15,616 nt of DNA from an uncultured Gammaproteobacteria bacterium (GTDB taxonomy: Bacteria; Patescibacteriota; Patescibacteriia; Patescibacteriales; JAGXOH01), in contig CAZXUK010000006.1 of the NCBI GenBank assembly GCA_964644045.1, positions 42,659-58,274 of the forward strand, read 5' to 3'. Both the position numbers and the translations under genes were made by a program. This document shows positions 7,511 to 14,850 of the stretch, piece by piece. The notes below the pieces were generated by a model, which had not been told where the DNA came from, searched no databases, and saw nothing but the letters and a program-made list of their open reading frames with translations. Each line of letters starts with the position of its first letter. Within the stretch, counting starts at the first letter, position 1.

Positions 7511-7939
7511 ATGCTTTTAAACTCTGATTTAAAAATTGCTGTGGGCAGTGTAATTGTTTATGACAATAAAGTTTTGATACTAAAAAGAAACGAGGATGAA
7601 GAAGTTCTTCCCGGCCTTTGGGAGCTGCCCAGCGGAAAACAAGAAGAGGGAGAGAATCGGGAAGAAAGTTTGATAAGGGAGGTTAAGGAGGAGACCGGTT
7701 TGGATATAGAAATAATTGCTTTCCTCAGTAGCTTTACTTACAAAGTTAAGAAAGGAAAAACAACCAAAAACATAATTCAATTCAATTTTTTGGTTAAGCC
7801 CGGGGATGCTTCTCCGGTTGTTAAATTAAGTTCTGAGCATTCCGAGTATAAATGGATCGGAGCCAAAGATCTGGAAAAAGCCGAATTAAGCAAGCAAATA
7901 AAAAAAGTTATTAATAAATATTTTCAAACTTATTTATGA
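7511..7939 (+). CDS. Nudix hydrolase
   Basis: 142 aa. Canonical Nudix box GKQEEGENREESLIREVKEETGL (G-x5-E-x7-REVxEETG). No Shine-Dalgarno site upstream. Confidence 0.88.
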   Translation: MLLNSDLKIAVGSVIVYDNKVLILKRNEDEEVLPGLWELPSGKQEEGENREESLIREVKEETGLDIEIIAFLSSFTYKVKKGKTTKNIIQFNFLVKPGDASPVVKLSSEHSEYKWIGAKDLEKAELSKQIKKVINKYFQTYL

Positions 7940-8829
7940 TTTATAAGAATGTTTTAGAAACTATTGGCAATACTCCTTTGGTAAGAATAAATAATTTAAA
8001 CATTAATTCTGAAGTGAATATTTATGCTAAATTAGAAGGGGTAAATCCAGGTGGAAGCATTAAGGATAGGATTGCCCTTAATATGATTAATCAGGCCGAA
8101 GAAGAAGGCGTTTTGGATAAAGAAAAAACTATAATTGAACCCACTTCCGGAAATACCGGCATCGGTCTGGCCATGATAGGAGCGGTTAAGGGCTACAAGA
8201 TTAAAATAGTTATGAGCGAGTCCGTGTCCGAGGAGAGAAAAAGAATGATTAAATCTTTTGGCGCGGAGCTGGTTTTAATAGCCTCGGACGAAGGAACGGA
8301 CGGAGCCATTAGGAAGGCCAAAGAGATTGTAGAGAAAAATCCCAAAGAATATTTTATGCCCAACCAATTTTCCAATCAGTATAATAAAATGGCGCATTAC
8401 AAAACCACGGCTGAGGAGATTTGGACTCAAACCGAAGGCCAGGTTGATTATTTTGTCTCTGCCTTGGGAACCTCGGGAACCATTATGGGAGTAAGCAAAT
8501 ATTTAAAGGAAAAAAATCCGAATATAAAAATTGTTAGTGCTCATCCGCATAAAGATCATTATATTCAAGGGTTAAAAAATATGGAAGAGGCGATTGTGCC
8601 GGAGATTTATGAGGAAAGTAGTATTGATGAGACGGTTATGGTGGATAGTGAGAAAGCTTTTGAGGTTACTCGTCAAATTGTTCGCCAAGAAGGTATTTTT
8701 GTGGGCATGAGCAGTGGAGCGGCCATGTTTGCGGCCTTGCAGGTGGCCGAGAAAATAAAAGCAGGAAACATTGTGGTTATTTTTCCGGACAGAGGAGAAA
8801 AATATCTTTCTACCCCCTTGTTTGAGTAA
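7936..8829 (+). CDS. cysK: Cysteine synthase (O-acetylserine sulfhydrylase, CysK/CysM family; PLP-dependent)
   Basis: 297 aa. PLP-lysine motif SIKDR, TSGNTG, GTSGT and a C-terminal NIVVIFPDRGEKYLSTPLF that matches the CysK C-terminus closely. The start overlaps the Nudix stop by 4 nt (ATGA). Confidence 0.88.
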   Translation: MIYKNVLETIGNTPLVRINNLNINSEVNIYAKLEGVNPGGSIKDRIALNMINQAEEEGVLDKEKTIIEPTSGNTGIGLAMIGAVKGYKIKIVMSESVSEERKRMIKSFGAELVLIASDEGTDGAIRKAKEIVEKNPKEYFMPNQFSNQYNKMAHYKTTAEEIWTQTEGQVDYFVSALGTSGTIMGVSKYLKEKNPNIKIVSAHPHKDHYIQGLKNMEEAIVPEIYEESSIDETVMVDSEKAFEVTRQIVRQEGIFVGMSSGAAMFAALQVAEKIKAGNIVVIFPDRGEKYLSTPLFE

Positions 8830-8854
8830 TTTTAAATTTGTTTAACAATAGTAT

Positions 8855-8882
8855 AAATATCTTGTAATAAAGATATTTTTTT
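8855..8882 (+). terminator. Probable weak AT-rich Rho-independent terminator ending the 5570-8829 operon
   Basis: Stem aaatatctt / aagatattt (8855-8863 / 8870-8878), loop gtaata, T-run 8876-8882. Confidence 0.4.
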
Positions 8883-8893
8883 GTTGGATTTGA

Positions 8894-8922
8894 TTGACAT
8901 TTTATTTTAAAAATGTTATTTT
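8894..8922 (+). promoter_or_regulatory. Sigma70-type promoter: TTGACA, 17 bp spacer, TGtTATTTT
   Basis: Consensus -35 at 8894-8899, TG at 8914-8915 and TATTTT at 8917-8922. About 45 nt upstream of the strong RBS aaaagaggagg of the exporter gene. Confidence 0.55.
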
Positions 8923-8969
8923 GCAAGGTTCGAACTTTGACAATTTAAAACAAAAAAGAGGAGGATATA

Positions 8970-11528
8970 ATGTATACTCAAAGAAAATGGTGTGTTTTTG
9001 TTGTTTTAGCATTCCTGGTGTTTACCTGTTTTTTCGCTTTTATGAATATGCGGGTAAAGCCGGGCGGCATTGTGGATGATGCTGTGATGGCGGAAGAAGA
9101 TCTTGTTAACCAAGGCGGAAGAGTAATTGATTCTCTGCGGAGTCAGGGCCTAGCTCCGGGAGACGCGGCTATTTTTTGTCTGCCCTTTTTATACCGGGGC
9201 GAGGCCATGAAAAAGGATTTGGCCTTTCTCCAAGATTTTACCCAAAAATTGGAGAGGGCTTTTCCGCGTTACAAAGTCTTCAGCTTGGCCAATATGCCCC
9301 GTTTTCGGGATGTTGAGGACTCCTATTTGGAGACTCAAAGTTATGTCAGTCCCGAGGTGTTGGCAGATTTTGACCCGGGTGATTGGAAGCGAGAGGTACT
9401 CCGCGACCCCAAGGTGGCCGGGGTGTTTATTGCTCCTGATTTTTCTTCGGCCAATGTCATTTTAACCTTTCCCAGAGGTTATGACGAAATGCAGGTCGGG
9501 CGGGAGATTATGGAGTTTTTAATGGATAGGGAGTGCGCTTGGTATGAGTGGTATTTGATAGATGATATCAAGCTCGCTTCCCAGTTCCTGCGAAACTTTG
9601 ACTCTGAGGTGCCTGAGTCTCTTCAGAGAGATCAGGACAGGCACCGGACCGAGGACGGATCGATTAAATCGGTTCTGCCCGGTGGCTGGGTTATCGGACG
9701 AGTCCTTATGACCGGGGCTTTTTACTCCAGTCTAATCTGGATCTTGTCCGGCTCCATTATTTTGGCAGCCTTGGTCTTTTGGCTGTCTTTTGCCAACTTA
9801 AGACAGACTGCTATTGCTCTGGTTTGTCTGCTCCTGGCCCTGATTTGGACCCGCGGTTCAATCGGCCTGTTGCAGACCTTGGGCTTTAGTATTCAGGGAA
9901 AAATGCTTTACGAGACAGTTTATTTCGTTTTAGTGTTTACTTCCCTGATTGTCTCCGGGATTTCCTTTGTAGAAAGGGTCTTTGACGCCTACAACGAAAA
10001 ACGCAAAGGTAATCCGGAACTGAGCCGGGCCGAGGTTTGGAAAAAAACCAAGGCCAAGGACATAGAGTTGATTGATGAAAGGATTTTAATGACCGGTCTG
10101 GTGGCAATCTTCGGATTTGCTACGCTTTACCAGATTGAGATCAGGCAGATCTTAGAGATCGGCTTTTTCTCCGCCTTGGGACTGGTTTTCCTTTTACTTT
10201 TCACTCTTTACCTGGTTCCGGCTGTCCATATTTTAGTCGGAGGTGAGCATTCTCGGCAAGAGAATTCAATTCCGGATAAATGGTGGCGGATCTTGGATTG
10301 GCTGGTTCGGAAAAGTTTCCAACTGGCCACTCCTAAAAATAGAGAGTTTAGAAAAAAAGGCTGGAGCGCGGTCGCGGTAGTGGCCGTTTTGTTTCTGCTT
10401 ATGTCTTCCTTGGTGGCTTCCGACCATGTCGGTCCTTCCAAGGGTTTTAGTTTTGTGGATATCAAAACCGAACCCTTGGAGTTTATTAAGGACACTTTGG
10501 TCTATGAGGCCTCAGAGGAGATTAACAGAAAAGATAACTACGGCTTTGACCGGGCCATGTTCGTGATCCAAAGTAAAAAGGAAGGAGACACTCCGGCTGT
10601 TTATCGCCCCGAGTTTTTAAGGGAGGTAGATAGTTTTCAAGAGACCATAGCCGAAGACCCTTACCTGAAAGGAAAAATCAGGTATATTTATTCGGTTCTG
10701 GATATTCTGGAGATTTTATGCCGGGAAAATTACGGCCATCACTTGCCCCAAACTCAAGCTGAAGCGGCTGACAGCCTTCGGCTTATACGATCCGAGATCG
10801 GGATTACCGGCCAAAGGCAGTTATGGAGCCGGGAGGCTTTGATAGTCCAGGTGTCGGTATCCAGCACCAATTCCAATATTCAGGAGTTTGTGCTTAACCG
10901 GGTGCTGGAGATATCCGGGGAAAGTTTTCCTGACCTAAAAGTGCATACTTTTGGCAAGGTGGCTATGTATGCCCGTTCAGACAAATATTTGCGGGAGAGG
11001 AAGCCGGTTAACGCCGGGATGCAGATCTTCTGGATATTCGGGTTTACCTTTGCCTGGATTGCCTGGCGTAATCGGCGTTTTCGCAAGTCCCTGAAGGATG
11101 ATTTTTATCTTTCTTCCTTTAGAGCCGGTTTGGCTATTTGCCTGCCCTTCGTCTTTGCCTCCACCATGATAGCTTTTATTATGATGGCCATGCGCATCCC
11201 CTTAAATCAGGCCACGGCCTGCATTACCGCCTTGACCGTGAATGCGGCCATTGATTTTTCCCTTTACATAGTGGCTGATTATCAGGCTGCTTTGATTAAG
11301 GGAGGGGGATATTTGGAGGCGATTAAATACGCCGTCCTAACGCGGGGGCGAGTGGTGGTAATTGATGTGGCTATCAATACTGCTTGTTTTGCTCCTTTGA
11401 TGATTTCGCCTTTTGCTCCCATAGCGGACATTGGCTGGATCATGATGACAATGCTCATTTTTTGCGGTTTTGGGGCTATGGTGCTTTTACCCATGGTTTT
11501 GCCCTTGGCTGTGAAGGAAAACAACTAA
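8970..11528 (+). CDS. MMPL/RND-superfamily exporter (12 TM helices, two large extracytoplasmic loops; HpnN/MmpL-like size)
   Basis: 852 aa. The pattern TM1, a roughly 200-aa loop, TM2-6 repeats twice (second TM7 around residues 455-475, TM8-12 at about 690-850). This is the internal duplication typical of the RND/MMPL/SSD fold. Strong RBS. Confidence 0.75.
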   Translation: MYTQRKWCVFVVLAFLVFTCFFAFMNMRVKPGGIVDDAVMAEEDLVNQGGRVIDSLRSQGLAPGDAAIFCLPFLYRGEAMKKDLAFLQDFTQKLERAFPRYKVFSLANMPRFRDVEDSYLETQSYVSPEVLADFDPGDWKREVLRDPKVAGVFIAPDFSSANVILTFPRGYDEMQVGREIMEFLMDRECAWYEWYLIDDIKLASQFLRNFDSEVPESLQRDQDRHRTEDGSIKSVLPGGWVIGRVLMTGAFYSSLIWILSGSIILAALVFWLSFANLRQTAIALVCLLLALIWTRGSIGLLQTLGFSIQGKMLYETVYFVLVFTSLIVSGISFVERVFDAYNEKRKGNPELSRAEVWKKTKAKDIELIDERILMTGLVAIFGFATLYQIEIRQILEIGFFSALGLVFLLLFTLYLVPAVHILVGGEHSRQENSIPDKWWRILDWLVRKSFQLATPKNREFRKKGWSAVAVVAVLFLLMSSLVASDHVGPSKGFSFVDIKTEPLEFIKDTLVYEASEEINRKDNYGFDRAMFVIQSKKEGDTPAVYRPEFLREVDSFQETIAEDPYLKGKIRYIYSVLDILEILCRENYGHHLPQTQAEAADSLRLIRSEIGITGQRQLWSREALIVQVSVSSTNSNIQEFVLNRVLEISGESFPDLKVHTFGKVAMYARSDKYLRERKPVNAGMQIFWIFGFTFAWIAWRNRRFRKSLKDDFYLSSFRAGLAICLPFVFASTMIAFIMMAMRIPLNQATACITALTVNAAIDFSLYIVADYQAALIKGGGYLEAIKYAVLTRGRVVVIDVAINTACFAPLMISPFAPIADIGWIMMTMLIFCGFGAMVLLPMVLPLAVKENN

Positions 11529-11532
11529 ACTC

Positions 11533-11569
11533 GGGGTGCGGTCAACTCCTGTTGCCGCACCCTTTTTTC
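11533..11569 (+). terminator. GC-rich hairpin plus T-run inside the operon (partial terminator or attenuator) between the exporter and LolA-like genes
   Basis: Stem gggtgcggtcaac / gttgccgcaccc with loop tcct, then TTTTTT at 11563-11568. The RBS agaggagg for the next gene follows immediately. Confidence 0.65.
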
Positions 11570-11584
11570 TAAAGAGGAGGCAGT

Positions 11585-12355
11585 ATGAAAAGGATAATGA
11601 TTTTTCTTCTTCTGGGAATATTATTCGCTTCCCTTGCCTGGGCTGAGGGTTTTACCACTGCCCGGGACGTGATCGAAAAGTCTTACGAGTTTTATCGTCA
11701 GGGCGCGGAAGTGGAGTTTGAGAAGCTGCGCCTGGAGGTAAAATACGAGGATGGTTATTCGGTGAACAAAGAGTTGGAAAGGTGGATAAAATATAATCCA
11801 AAAAAAGAGGATAAAGTTTTTATCAATTTTACGGCTCCGGAAATGGACAAAGGGCTTAAGCTTTTGGTTCATCGCCGGCTTAGCCAAAGTGATTTGATTT
11901 GGCTTAAGATGCCCTCTATGCATCGCTCGCGCCGGATCTCGGGTCAGGACGAGGGCAAATATTTTGCCGAAACCGACCTCACCTATCGGGACACGGCTCA
12001 GCTGGTGGGGGAGAATACCAGCGACTATAAGTATAGCTTCGTGGATTCCGGTGACTCCAAATGGGTGATAGAGGCCTTGCCCAAACCGGGCATAACCGCT
12101 GTGTATGATAAAAGAGTCTTTTTCCTTAACGAGAATTATGTTATTGAAAAAGTTCTGTATTATCGCCACGGGCAATTGGGTAAAATCCAGCTAAACAAGG
12201 ACATAGTCCGGGAGGACAACGGGTGTTGGCGGAGTGACTCGGTTGTGTTTATTAATGAATTTTATAGCCGGGTAACTAACATAAAAATTCCCGAAAGGAA
12301 ATTTACCGGTTTTACCAACCCGCCGAGTTTTTCCCGGAGAGATTTAAGGAGGTAG
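11585..12355 (+). CDS. Secreted LolA-like 'outer membrane lipoprotein-sorting protein' family protein (periplasmic, not a lipoprotein)
   Basis: 256 aa. Signal peptide ending AWA/EG with no lipobox Cys. The segment FTAPEMDKGLKLLVH...DLIWLKMPSMHRSRRISGQDEGKYFAETDLTYRD matches the remembered signature of the LolA-like family that accompanies MMPL exporters. Confidence 0.55.
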   Translation: MKRIMIFLLLGILFASLAWAEGFTTARDVIEKSYEFYRQGAEVEFEKLRLEVKYEDGYSVNKELERWIKYNPKKEDKVFINFTAPEMDKGLKLLVHRRLSQSDLIWLKMPSMHRSRRISGQDEGKYFAETDLTYRDTAQLVGENTSDYKYSFVDSGDSKWVIEALPKPGITAVYDKRVFFLNENYVIEKVLYYRHGQLGKIQLNKDIVREDNGCWRSDSVVFINEFYSRVTNIKIPERKFTGFTNPPSFSRRDLRR

Positions 12356-12357
12356 AG

Positions 12358-13584
12358 ATGAGAAAAATTGTGATTCTTTTTGTTTTTTTTGTTCTTGCGC
12401 CTCTCTCTGCTTCTGCCTTGAATTTTGATCTGGAAATAGAAGGGCAAGCTTCCAGTTATTTCTATGAAGAAGAAGAGGTGCCTCTGGAAGAAGATGAAAG
12501 GTATTATGGGGAAGCAGAAGTGATTTTGCCGGCTCGTTTAAACGCGAATAATTGGGAGCTCTTGCTTGAGCCCCGGATTCGCGTTGATAGCGAGGAGATT
12601 AGCCAAGGAGGCGAAGACCCCCGGGATTTTCGTCGGCCCATAGTAGGAGTAAGAGAGGCCTATTTTGCCTTTTGGCAGGAGAAGCTGGAACTTCGCTTGG
12701 GCTACCAGATCGCTGATTGGAGTATGACCGATACGGTCTCTCCCAGTGACAACCTGAATCCTCTGGATCTAACCCTGATTCCGGACTGGGAAAGGCGGAG
12801 TATTCCGCTCGTGACCGCTCGTTACGGCTATGACACCTATTTGGAAGCGGCCTATAAACCCTTTTTTTCTCCCTCTTTTCTCCCTGATTTTAAATGGAAA
12901 CGCGAAAAAGAAGGAGTGGAGTTTCTAAAGCAAAAAGAAGAAGAGGACAAGGCCCAGTTCGCCCTGAGGGCGGGAGGCATCTTTTGGGGCACTGATTGGC
13001 AGATCTGTTATTACCAAGGTTATGCTGACAGCCCTTACGCAGAAGTGGAGCGTCTCACTCTCTCGGGTGTTGAGCTTCGCCCCCGCTATTCTGAGGAGGA
13101 AGTGGGGTCTCTGGGGCTGGCCCGGGATGTGTTTGCCGGAGTTGTTTTCCGGGCCGAGGCCGGATATTTCTCCCAAGACTACGGTGATGATTTTTATCAG
13201 TATGTGGTCGGCTTGGAGAAACACTGGCAAAGTGCCTTAAGTCTGGGAGATGAGCTTTTTTTCCTGGTTCAATACTCCGGGGAAGAAGTGGCTGAGGAGG
13301 ATGAAGAAATTACTCCTCTAACCGACTTTAGACGGATCTTTAGAGATTGCCTTTTAGTGAAAGCCTATTACCAATTCGGCCGAGGCAGTCACTGGAGGCT
13401 TAAGGTCCGTGGTTCCTATAATCTGGAGAATTATGACAGTTTTTGGGAGCCTGCCCTGGAGTGGAAAGGGGATCACTTCTCCTGTGAACTGGGGGCCCAA
13501 GTCATTGACGGGCCAGAAGAGAGTTTTTGGGGAGGATACAAGGAGAATGACTGTATCTTTCTCAAAACCAAGATTAAATTTTAA
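12358..13584 (+). CDS. Putative outer-membrane beta-barrel protein (secreted, C-terminal Phe)
   Basis: 408 aa. The ATG lies 2 nt after the upstream stop, with RBS aaggagg, so translation is likely coupled. Signal peptide ASA/LN. Many amphipathic alternating strands with aromatic residues (LELRLGYQIADW, FALRAGGIFWGTDWQICYYQGY, RLKVRGSYNL). The terminus IFLKTKIKF matches the OMP C-terminal signature. Confidence 0.55.
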   Translation: MRKIVILFVFFVLAPLSASALNFDLEIEGQASSYFYEEEEVPLEEDERYYGEAEVILPARLNANNWELLLEPRIRVDSEEISQGGEDPRDFRRPIVGVREAYFAFWQEKLELRLGYQIADWSMTDTVSPSDNLNPLDLTLIPDWERRSIPLVTARYGYDTYLEAAYKPFFSPSFLPDFKWKREKEGVEFLKQKEEEDKAQFALRAGGIFWGTDWQICYYQGYADSPYAEVERLTLSGVELRPRYSEEEVGSLGLARDVFAGVVFRAEAGYFSQDYGDDFYQYVVGLEKHWQSALSLGDELFFLVQYSGEEVAEEDEEITPLTDFRRIFRDCLLVKAYYQFGRGSHWRLKVRGSYNLENYDSFWEPALEWKGDHFSCELGAQVIDGPEESFWGGYKENDCIFLKTKIKF

Positions 13585-13596
13585 GGAGGACATATA

Positions 13597-13634
13597 ACCG
13601 GCGTTTACAAAATGTAGGCGCCGGTCTTTTTTTG
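13597..13634 (+). terminator. Rho-independent terminator ending the exporter operon
   Basis: Stem accggcg / cgccggt with an extended imperfect inner stem, then cTTTTTTT at 13626-13633. Confidence 0.75.
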
Positions 13635-13682
13635 CAAAAAAACACAAACACCTTTGTTTTAGAGAGTTTTTTAGATTTTTAT

Positions 13683-13711
13683 TTGACATTTATCTCTTTT
13701 TTTGTTATTAT
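13683..13711 (+). promoter_or_regulatory. Sigma70-type promoter: TTGACA, 17 bp spacer, TGtTATTAT
   Basis: TTGACA at 13683-13688, TG at 13704-13705 and TATTAT at 13706-13711. RBS aaggagg lies 7 nt before the 13770 ATG. Confidence 0.6.
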
Positions 13712-13769
13712 TTAAAAACTTTATAAATAGATCTTTTAAAAAATCAAAAATAAAAAAAGGAGGACGGTA

Positions 13770-14753
13770 ATGTTGTTTTTTAACGAAAAAGCGGAAAATG
13801 AAGTTAAGGCAGAATCCCAAATTGACATTTCCGTCCTGGAAGAGGAAAGAACCGGGCGGATTTATCAGACCATCCTGGTCGCGGTCAGTATTCTGGCCGG
13901 CATCAAGAATTGGGGGATTATCCTTTTCCTGAAAGTTTTTTGGAGCAGGAAGACTCCCCTGAAAAAAATTGCCTGGAACTTGGGAAGAAGTGATGGCCAC
14001 AAGTCTTCCATGTTTATGGACGGCTTTAGCTCTTACAATCATCAGGCCAAGTATGGGGCTGCCGGTTGGCGTTCTTTGAAGCTGTTTTATAATTATGAAC
14101 AGCTGGAGAAGGAACTCTGTCCCAACCTGGAAGGTCTTTTGACAAGACATTGGATGGGAAAGATGGAGAATCGCAAAGCGGTGACTAACCGCTTAAAAAT
14201 GGTTATCCAGCACCTTATTTCCGCCTTTCAGGAGTTTGAGGAGGAGGCAGAGATAAGAATCCTTTCCTTAGCCTCCGGATCGGCCCAGGCCGTGATTGAG
14301 GCCATGAAGCGTTGCCCCCATTTAAAAATCCGGGCAATCTTGATTGACCTGGACGTGGGTGCCTTGGCTGAGGCCAAGAGCCAAGCCAGGGAAGCCGGTC
14401 TTCTGGATCGTTTTAAGTTTGTCCAAGGGACCACCACCAAGATGGAGGAGGTAGCGGCTGATTTCCAGCCCCACATTGTAGAGATGGTGGGCTTTCTGGA
14501 CTATCGGCCTAAAGGAAAGGCTATTGAGCTTCTCCAGAGAATCAAGGCAATCCTTCCGGAAGGGGGAATTTTTCTGACCGCGAATATCGCGGATAACAAG
14601 GAAAAAATCTTTTTGGATTTTGTCCTCCTCTGGCCCATGATTTACCGGACTGAGGAAGAGCTGGAGGATATCCTTGCCTCCTCCGGTTTCCTGGAGTTTT
14701 CTTTAAAATTTGAGCCCATGGGCATACACGGCATTGTCTATGCCCGGGCTTAA
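13770..14753 (+). CDS. Class I SAM-dependent methyltransferase with an approximately 150-aa N-terminal extension
   Basis: 327 aa. Motif-I-like segment IRILSLASGSAQAV and motif-II-like AILIDLD, plus a downstream acidic/hydrophobic pattern typical of the Rossmann-fold MTase core. Substrate unknown. Confidence 0.6.
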   Translation: MLFFNEKAENEVKAESQIDISVLEEERTGRIYQTILVAVSILAGIKNWGIILFLKVFWSRKTPLKKIAWNLGRSDGHKSSMFMDGFSSYNHQAKYGAAGWRSLKLFYNYEQLEKELCPNLEGLLTRHWMGKMENRKAVTNRLKMVIQHLISAFQEFEEEAEIRILSLASGSAQAVIEAMKRCPHLKIRAILIDLDVGALAEAKSQAREAGLLDRFKFVQGTTTKMEEVAADFQPHIVEMVGFLDYRPKGKAIELLQRIKAILPEGGIFLTANIADNKEKIFLDFVLLWPMIYRTEEELEDILASSGFLEFSLKFEPMGIHGIVYARA

Positions 14754-14759
14754 AACCTC

Positions 14760-14795
14760 AAGGGATGTTTGTGATAGCAAACATCCCTTTTTTAA
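14760..14795 (+). terminator. Rho-independent terminator
   Basis: Stem aagggatgtttg / caaacatccctt with loop tgatag, T-run 14788-14793. Confidence 0.85.
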
Positions 14796-14807
14796 TTGCC
14801 CAATATT

Positions 14808-14816
14808 TGGTATAAT
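14808..14816 (+). promoter_or_regulatory. Extended -10 promoter element TGgTATAAT
   Basis: TG at 14808-14809, TATAAT at 14811-14816. About 35 nt upstream of the 14851 ATG. Confidence 0.5.
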
Positions 14817-14850
14817 TTAAAAAGAGAGCAAAAATATTAATTTATTTTTT

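Noticed and set aside
8937-8942. Second TTGACA hexamer upstream of the exporter gene
   Set aside because: No plausible -10 hexamer at the proper spacing, and it would overlap the RBS. The upstream TTGACA at 8894 fits better.
8894-9079. 61-aa plus-strand ORF overlapping the exporter gene start
   Set aside because: It sits out of frame across the promoter, RBS and 5' end of the strongly supported 852-aa gene, and has no RBS of its own.
11621-12175. 184-aa minus-strand ORF
   Set aside because: It is antisense within the LolA-like gene, which has a strong RBS, a signal peptide and family motifs. It is likely a spurious frame.
12925-13689. Minus-strand ORFs of 101 and 111 aa within and after the beta-barrel gene
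   Set aside because: They are antisense to a well-supported coding region. The second one spans the terminator hairpin and has no start signals.
13671-14150. 159-aa minus-strand ORF
   Set aside because: It overlaps the promoter and the 5' half of the methyltransferase gene on the opposite strand and has no RBS. It is likely a spurious frame.
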